DNA of 64,000 nucleotides from Escherichia coli (GTDB lineage: Bacteria > Pseudomonadota > Gammaproteobacteria > Enterobacterales > Enterobacteriaceae), in the NCBI RefSeq assembly GCF_044324875.1, contig NZ_CP172185.1. One strand, 5' to 3'. The position numbers and the translations under genes are program-made. Shown here one piece after another: positions 11,065 to 20,156 of the stretch. Position 1 is the stretch's first letter. Each line of letters starts with the position of its first letter. The notes under the pieces are model-generated. The model was not told the origin of the DNA. It did no database searches and worked only from the letters and a program-made list of their open reading frames with translations.

Positions 11065-11378
11065 AACAGTCAATTGTCTCACTGGCGCAAGTCATTCGTT
11101 CGAAAAATGCCGGACCTTACGAACTGGTTTTAGATATTTTATTTAAAACCAAAGAAAACTATGAGCGAGTTAAATCATCAGGGCAATTAACCCCAGAACT
11201 GATTGCGCGCTTATATCATGTTGAACCTGACTTTATTCATCGTATTGTCTGGTTTGATCCTTCTAACGCAGTAAAAATCGTCATGCCACGAGATATTATC
11301 TCCGGGAATGTAGGTGACAATGATGTCTATGGTGCACAGCAACATGCACCTTTATTAAATATGAGTTTCGATTTGTAA
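11061..11378 (+). CDS. small conserved protein, 105 aa, probable partner of the AtuA-like protein (DUF4387-type by recollection)
   Basis: Start overlaps the stop of the preceding ORF (ATGA), indicating translational coupling. Confidence 0.45.
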   Translation: MKQSIVSLAQVIRSKNAGPYELVLDILFKTKENYERVKSSGQLTPELIARLYHVEPDFIHRIVWFDPSNAVKIVMPRDIISGNVGDNDVYGAQQHAPLLNMSFDL

Positions 11379-11461
11379 AAATCCGAATACTTTTAGCCAA
11401 CTGACATCCCGTCACTTATTGCAGTTCAACACTTCAGCTATTTGTAAGGTTGTAATAGCAG

Positions 11462-11512
11462 GTAGATGCCTGAATCTCTATTCAGACATCTACTTCTCCT
11501 GATTCTGATTTA
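11462..11512 (+). terminator. extended hairpin (14-bp stem, one mismatch) followed by a T-rich tract
   Basis: gtagatgcctgaat-ctct-attcagacatctac followed by ttctcctgattctgattt; sits between the small ORF and the symporter gene. Confidence 0.4.
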
Positions 11513-11538
11513 TCGCCGTGCACCTGATGGAGGAAAAA

Positions 11539-12819
11539 ATGAAGAAAATAAGTTTAACCACGATGATTCTTTTGGCACTGGTACTTGGAATGATTATCGG
11601 CGTAGTGCTCAATAACACTGCTTCACCGGAAACCGCAAAACTCTATGCGCAAGAAATATCGATATTCACGACGATTTTCTTACGACTGATAAAAATGATT
11701 ATCGCTCCGTTAGTGGTCTCTACCCTGGTGGTAGGTATAGCTAAAATGGGCGATGCCAAAGCCCTTGGTCGTATTTTTTCTAAAACACTCTTTTTATTTA
11801 TTTGCGCCTCATTGCTGTCAATTGCCTTAGGCTTGATAACAGTAAATTTCTTCATGCCAGGCACAGGAATTAATTTTGTTGCACACGGAGCCGAAACCAC
11901 CGGAGTGGTCGCGTCAGAACCCTTTACGCTAAAAGTATTTATTTCGCATGCTTTCCCCACCAGCATTGTCGATGCCATGGCGCACAATGAAATTTTGCAA
12001 ATCGTAGTGTTCTCAATTTTCCTCGGCTGTAGCCTGACGGCGATTGGCGAGAAAGGCAGCGCCATCGTTCACGCCTTAGATTCGCTGGCACATGCCATGT
12101 TAAAGCTCACTGGCTACGTCATGCTCTTCGCTCCCCTGACCGTATTCGCCGCTATTTCAGCATTGATTGCTGAACGAGGACTGGCAGTTATGGTGAGCGC
12201 CGGGATCTTTATGGGTGAATTTTATTTCACCATGTTGTTACTTTGGGTGCTGCTTATCGGTCTGGCCATCGTTTATGTCGGCCCCTGCATCAGACGCCTG
12301 ACCCGCGCCCTTTCGGAACCCGCTCTGCTGGCATTTACCACATCCAGTTCTGAAGCGGCTTTTCCGGGAACGCTTGAAAAACTGGAGCAATTTGGCGTTT
12401 CCCCCAAAATTGCCAGCTTTGTCTTACCCATTGGCTACTCATTTAATCTCGTTGGATCAATGGCCTACTGCTCCTTCGCCACAGTTTTCATCGCCCAGGC
12501 CTGCAATATCCATTTATCCATCGGTGAGCAAATCACCATGCTGTTGATCCTGATGTTGACCTCGAAAGGAATGGCTGGCGTACCACGCGCCTCAATGGTG
12601 GTTATCGCCGCCACGCTCAACCAGTTCAATATTCCGGAAGCGGGGCTGATCTTGCTGATGGGCGTTGATCCGTTCCTTGATATGGGGCGTTCCGCGACAA
12701 ACGTCATGAGCAACGCAATGGGCGCTGCGATGGTGAGTCGGTGGGAAGGCGAACATTTCGGCGAGGGTTGTCGGGGTAAAGCATTAAAACCCAATGAATC
12801 GAACGTTGCTCTGCCCTGA
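11539..12819 (+). CDS. dicarboxylate/amino acid:cation symporter (DAACS family, GltP-like); probable glutamate or C4/C5-dicarboxylate carrier
   Basis: Multi-pass hydrophobic protein with DAACS-like sequence; start chosen at the ATG 5 nt after a GGAGG (11529..11533). Confidence 0.75.
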   Translation: MKKISLTTMILLALVLGMIIGVVLNNTASPETAKLYAQEISIFTTIFLRLIKMIIAPLVVSTLVVGIAKMGDAKALGRIFSKTLFLFICASLLSIALGLITVNFFMPGTGINFVAHGAETTGVVASEPFTLKVFISHAFPTSIVDAMAHNEILQIVVFSIFLGCSLTAIGEKGSAIVHALDSLAHAMLKLTGYVMLFAPLTVFAAISALIAERGLAVMVSAGIFMGEFYFTMLLLWVLLIGLAIVYVGPCIRRLTRALSEPALLAFTTSSSEAAFPGTLEKLEQFGVSPKIASFVLPIGYSFNLVGSMAYCSFATVFIAQACNIHLSIGEQITMLLILMLTSKGMAGVPRASMVVIAATLNQFNIPEAGLILLMGVDPFLDMGRSATNVMSNAMGAAMVSRWEGEHFGEGCRGKALKPNESNVALP

Positions 12820-12926
12820 GGGGGATCTTAAGCAATCAGAAGCCAATGACTACGCATTTTTATAAGCCGGATCATGAAGTTAGACGGCAATTAAGTAACA
12901 CTAACGTTTAAGGTGAAAAGTGAAAT

Positions 12927-14579
12927 ATGTCCAAACCATTTATCTGGCAAGAACCGTTTCTACAAAATAAAGACGGTACAGAATATACATTAATTAGCGA
13001 TCAACATATTACAGTAACGGAATTAGACGGCGAAGAAGTGATAAAAATCGCTCCTGAAGCATTAACGCTGCTTGCCCGGCAGGCATTTTATGAAGCCTCT
13101 TTTTTCTTACGTTCCGCTCATTTGCAACAGGTCGCCAGCATTCTTAACGATCCGCAGGCCAGTAGTAATGATAAATACGTTGCGTTGCAGTTATTACGTA
13201 ATGCTGAAGTCTCAGCAAAAGGGGTATTACCCAACTGTCAGGATACCGGCACCGCAACTATTGTTGCCAGTAAAGGGCAACAGATATGGACGGGAGGTAA
13301 CGACGCTGAAGCCTTAAGCAAAGGCATTTACAGTACTTTCCAGGAAAATAATCTGCGCTTTTCACAAAATGCGCCGCTGGATATGTATACCGAAGTCAAT
13401 ACGCAAACCAATCTCCCGGCGCAGATTGATATCAGCGCTGTCGCTGGTAATGAGTACCATTTTCTCTGTGTTAATAAAGGGGGCGGCTCCGCCAATAAAG
13501 CCGCACTTTATCAGGAAACCAAATCCTTATTGCAACCAGAAAAACTGACCGCATTTTTAATCGAAAAAATGAAATCGCTGGGCACCGCTGCCTGCCCGCC
13601 TTACCACATCGCCTTTGTCGTCGGAGGGCTTTCAGCCGATCAAACCTTAAAAGTTGCCAAGCTGGCCTCTACGAAATATTACGACAATTTGCCCACCAGC
13701 GGAAACGAGCAGGGACAAGCATTCCGTGATATTGAGCTGGAAAAAGTGTTGCTCGAGGTCAGTCAGCAATTTGGTATTGGTGCGCAATTTGGGGGTAAAT
13801 ATTTCGCTCATGATATTCGCGTCATTCGTCTGCCGCGTCACGGTGGCTCTTGCCCGATAGCTATGACGCTCTCCTGTTCTGCCGATCGCAATATCAAAGC
13901 AAAAATTAACAAGCACGGTATCTGGCTGGAAAAACTCGAACACAATCCGGGGCAATATATTCCAGCCTCACTGCGGGAAGAAAATCACGCGCAACATGTA
14001 CAACTGGATCTAAACCGTCCGTTGCGTGACGTGATGCAGGATCTCGCCAGATTACCGGTAGGCACCCGCGTGTCGTTAAGTGGTCCCATCGTAGTGGCAC
14101 GCGATATCGCCCACGCCAAAATAAAAGCGCGGCTGGATAACGCCGAACCGATGCCGGATTACCTGAAGCATCATATTGTCTATTACGCTGGCCCGGCGAA
14201 AACACCGGAGAACATGGCCTGCGGTTCACTGGGTCCAACCACGGGCGGTCGAATGGACGGTTATGTCGATACCTTCCAGGCGGCTGGCGGCAGTCTGGTG
14301 ATGTTATCGAAAGGTAACCGCAGCCAGCAGGTCACCGATGCCTGTCACAAACATGGTGGCTTCAATCTGGGTAGTATTGGCGGTGCAGCTGCGTTACTGG
14401 CGCAAGAATATGTCAAAAGTCTGCGTTGCCTGGAATACCCGGAGCTGGGTATGGAAGCGGTGTGGATGATGGAAGTGGAAAATCTGCCCGCATTCATCCT
14501 GGTAGATGATAAAGGCAATAATTTCTTTAGTCAGTTTGAGCAGCAACACCGCTGCGCCAGTTGCCCTGCGGGACATTAA
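12927..14579 (+). CDS. fumD: class I fumarate hydratase family protein (FumA/FumB paralog); probable mesaconase (2-methylfumarate hydratase)
   Basis: 550 aa, collinear high similarity to E. coli FumA (...[11 protein letters not shown]..., ...[13 protein letters not shown]..., ...[13 protein letters not shown]...); location in a methylaspartate-pathway cluster; the fumD name is recalled from E. coli O157:H7 work. Confidence 0.8.
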   Translation: MSKPFIWQEPFLQNKDGTEYTLISDQHITVTELDGEEVIKIAPEALTLLARQAFYEASFFLRSAHLQQVASILNDPQASSNDKYVALQLLRNAEVSAKGVLPNCQDTGTATIVASKGQQIWTGGNDAEALSKGIYSTFQENNLRFSQNAPLDMYTEVNTQTNLPAQIDISAVAGNEYHFLCVNKGGGSANKAALYQETKSLLQPEKLTAFLIEKMKSLGTAACPPYHIAFVVGGLSADQTLKVAKLASTKYYDNLPTSGNEQGQAFRDIELEKVLLEVSQQFGIGAQFGGKYFAHDIRVIRLPRHGGSCPIAMTLSCSADRNIKAKINKHGIWLEKLEHNPGQYIPASLREENHAQHVQLDLNRPLRDVMQDLARLPVGTRVSLSGPIVVARDIAHAKIKARLDNAEPMPDYLKHHIVYYAGPAKTPENMACGSLGPTTGGRMDGYVDTFQAAGGSLVMLSKGNRSQQVTDACHKHGGFNLGSIGGAAALLAQEYVKSLRCLEYPELGMEAVWMMEVENLPAFILVDDKGNNFFSQFEQQHRCASCPAGH

Positions 14580-14588
14580 GGAAAATGA

Positions 14589-15191
14589 ATGGAAGCGCGA
14601 ATTTCAACTGAACGGCATGTGCAGCGCCAGCAGAAATTGAAGGAACAGGTCGATACGCGCATCGCGGCGGCGATAGAGAAAAAAGGGATTTTGATTGTTT
14701 TCACCGGCAATGGCAAAGGGAAATCCACTGCCGCGTTTGGTACTGTGACGCGCGCGGTGGGTCATGGCAAAACGGTGGGGGTTGCGCAGTACATCAAGGG
14801 GCAATGGGACAACGGCGAATACAACCTTCTCCAGCCGCTGGGGGTTGAGTTTCATATTATGGGAACCGGTTTTACCTGGGAGACACAGAACCGGCAAGCG
14901 GATATCGACGCGGCGAAAGAGGTCTGGTCGGAAAGCAAACGGATGCTGGCTGACAAGCGTTACGACTTAGTGGTGCTTGATGAGCTGACCTATATGCTGG
15001 CTTACCATTATCTGGATACCGAAGAAGTGATCGCTTCTCTGCAAAACCGCCCGGCACAACAAAGTGTCATTGTCACCGGACGCGGTTGCCACAGTCAGAT
15101 ATTAAAAATGGCGGATACGGTCAGCGAAATCCGCCCCGTCAAACATGCTTTTGATAACGGCATTCAGGCCCAGCCGGGTATCGACTGGTAA
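14589..15191 (+). CDS. cob(I)yrinic acid a,c-diamide / cob(I)alamin adenosyltransferase (BtuR/CobA/CobO family)
   Basis: ...GILIVFTGNGKGKSTAAFG...GHGKTVGVAQYIKG...VVLDELTYM...VIVTGRGC...SEIRPVKHAF... is near-collinear with E. coli BtuR. Confidence 0.85.
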   Translation: MEARISTERHVQRQQKLKEQVDTRIAAAIEKKGILIVFTGNGKGKSTAAFGTVTRAVGHGKTVGVAQYIKGQWDNGEYNLLQPLGVEFHIMGTGFTWETQNRQADIDAAKEVWSESKRMLADKRYDLVVLDELTYMLAYHYLDTEEVIASLQNRPAQQSVIVTGRGCHSQILKMADTVSEIRPVKHAFDNGIQAQPGIDW

Positions 15192-15194
15192 TAA

Positions 15195-15226
15195 CTGCGC
15201 CTGGCATCCCGCCAGGCGCAGGTTTT
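15195..15226. terminator. convergent (bidirectional) intrinsic terminator between the adenosyltransferase gene and the LysR gene
   Basis: ctgcgcctggc-atccc-gccaggcgcag followed by gtttta on the + strand; both stop codons abut the hairpin. Confidence 0.6.
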
Positions 15227-16130
15227 ACATCTCCTGCGGTACAACCGATTTCGCCAGCAACCATTCACGAAATTGCTGCAAGTGCGGTGAGTCAGACTTC
15301 TCTTCCTGCCACGTCATAATAAAACGATTACCGGTACGAATAGGCACATCACAGGGGATCACCATATCGCCACTATCCAAATCATGTTGAATAGCGAAAC
15401 GTGGTAACAGCGCCACGCCGAGATTAGAGCGCACGGCGGCAATCAGCATTGAAAGCAAATCGAAACGTGGTCCGTTGTTGACCAGCGGACTGCTAACGCC
15501 AGATAAGGCAAACCACTCTTCCCAGCCAGTAATACGGGTACTTTGATGCAGAAGTGGTAACTCTGTAAGCAGTTCTGCCACTGACAGTTTTTGATCGGAC
15601 ATTGCAAGCAAACTGCCGCTGCATACCGGCAAAATCTCCTCATCAAAGAGATATTCTACTTCCGCCCAGGGCGCGCAAAAATTTTCGCGCATAATGACAG
15701 CATCGTACTCCCGATTAAGAAAATCGCCGTTATTAGCTAAAGAGTGAATATTAACAATAATATCGGGATGTAACTTTGTGAATTCATGTAAATTTGGGAT
15801 TAACCAGTGGGTACTAAACGTAGGATTCACGGCAAGTTCAATAACCTGAACCGTAGGCTGCCAGGTCATAATGGTATTGGTATCGCGTTCCAGCTTATTT
15901 AATGTTTCTTTTACTATCCCCAGGTAATACTTCCCTGCATCATTAAGAAAAATACGTTTTTTAGAGTGTGAAAATAACGGAGTATGTAAAAATTCCTCCA
16001 GCGCACTCACTTGTCTGAATACTGCACTTTGGGTCAACGCTAACTCCTCTGCCGCTTTGGTATAACTTTCATGACGTGCGACGACCTCAAAAGTCACCAG
16101 CAGCTCCGTTTTAGGTATTTTTCCTCGCAT
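15225..16130 (-). CDS. LysR-family transcriptional regulator
   Basis: N-terminal HTH (...FEVVARHESYTKAAEELALTQSAVFRQVSALEEFL...) and typical about 300-aa length. Confidence 0.85.
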   Translation of the reverse strand: MRGKIPKTELLVTFEVVARHESYTKAAEELALTQSAVFRQVSALEEFLHTPLFSHSKKRIFLNDAGKYYLGIVKETLNKLERDTNTIMTWQPTVQVIELAVNPTFSTHWLIPNLHEFTKLHPDIIVNIHSLANNGDFLNREYDAVIMRENFCAPWAEVEYLFDEEILPVCSGSLLAMSDQKLSVAELLTELPLLHQSTRITGWEEWFALSGVSSPLVNNGPRFDLLSMLIAAVRSNLGVALLPRFAIQHDLDSGDMVIPCDVPIRTGNRFIMTWQEEKSDSPHLQQFREWLLAKSVVPQEM

Positions 16131-16693
16131 AATGCCGTCCCTTAAAAATAGTTTAAACCATCAAAAATACATTACTTATTACGAAGTAATGGTAACCAAA
16201 GCAGCAATAAATAATTTATAAGAATCATGATTGACATTTATAACCCAGTAAGCCTGGCGTGACAAATATCTTAATCAGATAATAATAATCCGAAAAGCAC
16301 AGCGCCTTTCGAATTATCCGGAATCACATTAAGTGAAAATTATTAAATTGATATCATTTATCATATCTGTGGATATTATGATAAACAATCAACAAAGATT
16401 TTATTTTTGATTTATAGCATATCCCTCTAAGAATTTTTGCGATGCTGCAATATCCGGGGTAAAGACCCGATCCTGGCTGACAAATGGCACGACTTGACGA
16501 TAAGCGGTGAACATCGCTTTTGTTGATTTACTTAACGCTACGGTCAAACGCTGGGAAGCCAGTGCATCAGGTAACGATTCGAAATTCGCCGTCGTTCTTA
16601 TTCGTGGCTTGCGGTCGGTTGCGGCAATCCACAGTGGCTGTGGTCATGCAGTCAAGCCAGCGGTCAGATTTCGACCGTGGTTAACATTTAAGG

Positions 16694-16800
16694 CATAAAA
16701 AAGGCCATCATACGATGGCCAACCATGTCGAAACCGACAACCCTTCGCCATTCCTGTAGAGGGAAGCGGCGAGGGCTATTTCTTATTACAGATATTTATT
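16694..16800 (-). ncRNA. sdhX: SdhX (RybD) sRNA derived from the sucD 3' UTR, with its intrinsic terminator
   Basis: Hairpin ggccatcgtatgatggcc followed by a U-run on the minus strand about 75 nt after the sucD stop; SdhX is known to be processed from this 3' end. Exact 5' end not determinable here. Confidence 0.5.
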
Positions 16801-17665
16801 TCAGAACAGTTTTCAGTGCTTCACCGATATCCGCCAGGCTGCGAACGGTTTTCACGCCTGCGGCTTCCAGAGCAGCGAATTTCTCATCCGCAGTCCCTTT
16901 ACCACCGGCAATGATGGCACCCGCGTGGCCCATACGTTTGCCTTTCGGCGCAGTCACACCAGCGATGTAACCCACAACAGGCTTGGTAACGTGCTCTTTG
17001 ATGTACGCAGCCGCTTCTTCTTCAGCGCTACCGCCGATCTCACCGATCATCACGATCGCTTCGGTCTGCGGATCTTTTTCGAACATTTCGAGAATGTCGA
17101 TAAAGTTAGAGCCAGGGATCGGATCGCCGCCGATACCAACACAGGTCGACTGACCGAAACCGTAATCCGTGGTCTGTTTAACCGCTTCATAGGTCAGTGT
17201 ACCGGAACGGGAAACGATACCCACTTTACCCGGTTTGTGAATGTGACCCGGCTGGATACCGATTTTGCATTCACCCGGAGTGATAACGCCTGGGCAGTTC
17301 GGGCCGATCATACGAACGCCAGCTTCGTCCAGTTTCACTTTCACAGTCAGCATATCCAGCGTCGGGATGCCTTCAGTGATGGTGATAATCAGTTTGATGC
17401 CTGCATCGATGGCTTCCAGAATGGAGTCTTTGCAGAACGGTGCTGGTACGTAGATAACAGAAGCGGTAGCGCCAGTAGCAGCAACAGCTTCACGCACGGT
17501 GTTGAACACCGGCAGGCCGAGGTGGGTGGTGCCGCCTTTACCTGGGGTTACGCCGCCAACCATTTTAGTGCCGTATGCAATGGCCTGTTCTGAGTGGAAA
17601 GTCCCCTGGCTACCGGTAAAGCCCTGGCAGATAACCTTGGTGTTTTTATCAATTAAAATGGACAT
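16796..17665 (-). CDS. sucD: succinyl-CoA synthetase alpha subunit
   Basis: 289-aa [42 protein letters not shown]... Confidence 0.95.
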
Positions 17666-18831
17666 TATTTCCCCTCCACTGCGGCAACAACCTGCTGAGC
17701 TGCATCCGTCAGACCTTTTGCTGCAATAATATTCAGGCCGCTGTCAGCCAGTTTCTTCGCGCCGAGTTCGGCGTTGTTACCTTCCAGACGTACCACGACC
17801 GGTACGTTAACACCCACTTCCGCTACCGCGCCGATGATACCGTCAGCGATCAGGTCGCAACGAACGATACCGCCGAAGATGTTAACCAGAACGGCTTTCA
17901 CTTTGTCGTCAGAGAGGATGATTTTGAATGCTTCGGTTACACGTTCTTTGGTTGCGCCGCCGCCAACGTCCAGGAAGTTAGCCGGTTCGCCGCCGTGCAG
18001 TTTAACGATGTCCATCGTACCCATCGCCAGACCTGCGCCGTTAACCATACAACCGATGTTACCGTCCAGCGCAACGTAGTTCAGTTCCCACTGTGCAGCC
18101 TGTGCTTCACGCGGATCTTCCTGTGACTGGTCACGCATTTCGCGCAGATCAGGCTGGCGGAACAGTGCGTTGCCGTCAGCACCCAGTTTGCCGTCGAGGC
18201 AAATCAGATCGCCCTGTTTAGTGATGACCAGCGGGTTGATTTCGATCAGCGCCAGGTCGCGCTCCAGGAAAATGGTCGCCAGGCCCATGAAGATTTTGGT
18301 GAACTGCTGAACCAGTTTACCTTCCAGACCCAGTTTGAACGCCAGCTCGCGTCCCTGATACGGCATCGGGCCAGTCAGCGGATCAAGCGCAACTTTATGG
18401 ATCAGGTGCGGAGTTTCTTCCGCCACTTTTTCGATTTCCACGCCGCCTTCGGTGGAGGCCATAAAGACCACACGACGGGAACTACGGTCAACAACGGCAC
18501 CGAGATACAGCTCTTTAGCGATATCGGTCGCTGCTTCAACCAGAATCTGGTTAACCGGTTGGCCATTGGCATCTGTTTGATACGTTACCAGACGCTTGCC
18601 CAGCCAGTTTTCTGCAAAAGCACGGATGTCTTCTTTGCTGTTTACCACTTTCACACCGCCCGCTTTACCGCGGCCACCAGCGTGAACCTGACATTTCACT
18701 ACCCACGGACCGGCACCGATTTTTGAAGCGGCTTCTTCTGCTTCGCGCGGAGTAGTACAGGCATAACCCACCGGTGCTGGTAAGCCATAGCGGGCAAAAA
18801 GTTGTTTTGCCTGATATTCATGTAAGTTCAT
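17665..18831 (-). CDS. sucC: succinyl-CoA synthetase beta subunit
   Basis: 388-aa [23 protein letters not shown]...; start overlaps sucD. Confidence 0.95.
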
Positions 18832-18924
18832 GTGTTCTGTCCATCCTTCAGTAATCGTTATCTTTTAAACCGTAGACCGACACCCTATCCACGTCGGTCT
18901 ACAGTGCAGGTGAAGCTTAAACTA

Positions 18925-20142
18925 CTACACGTCCAGCAGCAGACGAGTCGGATCTTCCAGCAACTCTTTGATCGTTACCAGGAAGCCCACGGATTCGCGA
19001 CCATCGATCAGACGGTGATCGTAGGACAGCGCCAGGTACATCATCGGCAGGATCTCAACCTGACCATTCACCGCCATCGGACGATCTTTGATAGCGTGCA
19101 TACCCAGAATTGCGCTCTGCGGCGGGTTGATGATCGGCGTAGACATCAGGGAACCGAACACACCACCATTGGTGATGGTGAAGTTACCACCGGTCAGATC
19201 TTCAACCGTCAGCTTGCCGTCACGGCCTTTAACTGCCAGCTCTTTGATTTTCTTCTCGATGTCTGCCATGCCTAGGGTATCGACATCACGCAGTACCGGC
19301 GTCACCAGGCCGCGCGGCGTAGAAACCGCCATGCTGACGTCGAAATAGTTGTGGTAAACCACATCATCGCCGTCGATAGAAGCATTCACTTCCGGGTAAC
19401 GTTTCAGGGCTTCAACCACCGCTTTCACGTAGAAGGACATAAAGCCCAGACGGATGCCGTGGCGTTTTTCAAACGCTTCACCGTACTGCTTACGCAGATC
19501 CATAATCGGCTTCATATTGACTTCGTTGAACGTGGTCAGCATGGCGGTGGAGTTTTTCGCTTCCAGCAGACGCTCTGCCACACGCTTACGCAGGCGAGTC
19601 ATCGGCACACGTTTTTCGCTACGTGCAGCCAGAGCCGGTTGCGCCGCCGGAGCAGCCGCTGCCGGAGCAGACTCTTTCGCCGGGGCTTTCGCCAGATGTT
19701 TTTCCACATCTTCACGAGTCAGACGACCACCCACACCGGTGCCTTTAATGGCGCTGGCGTCGAGGTTGTGTTCAGCCAAGAGTCGGCGGATCGCCGGGCT
19801 TAACGCATCGTTGTTTTGCTCTTCCAGAGACGCCTGCTGGCGTTGCGCCGGAGTGGACGCTTTCTCTTCAGATTTGGCGCTGGTTTCTTTACCCGCGCTG
19901 TTGCCTTCACGCAGGCGACCAAGGATCTGACGAGACGTTACCGTTGTACCTTCATCTTCCAGAACCGCATCCAGAATGCCGTCTGCTGATGCCGGTACTT
20001 CCAGTACCACTTTGTCAGTTTCGATTTCTACCAGCACTTCATCACGTACGACTGCGTCGCCGGGTTTTTTATGCCAGGTTGCGACGGTGGCATCGGCTAC
20101 GGATTCAGGCAGGTCAGGGACCAGAATATCTACGCTACTCAT
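18925..20142 (-). CDS. sucB: 2-oxoglutarate dehydrogenase E2 (dihydrolipoyl transsuccinylase)
   Basis: 405-aa ORF with lipoyl domain ([26 protein letters not shown]...) and C-terminal acyltransferase region. Confidence 0.95.
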
Positions 20143-20156
20143 TGTGTATCCTTTAT

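Noticed and set aside
16507-16698. 63-aa + strand ORF next to the sucD terminator as a gene
   Set aside because: No RBS or family features and it overlaps the SdhX/terminator region; more likely noncoding or a relic.
16925-17593. 222-aa + strand ORF
   Set aside because: Antisense to sucD.
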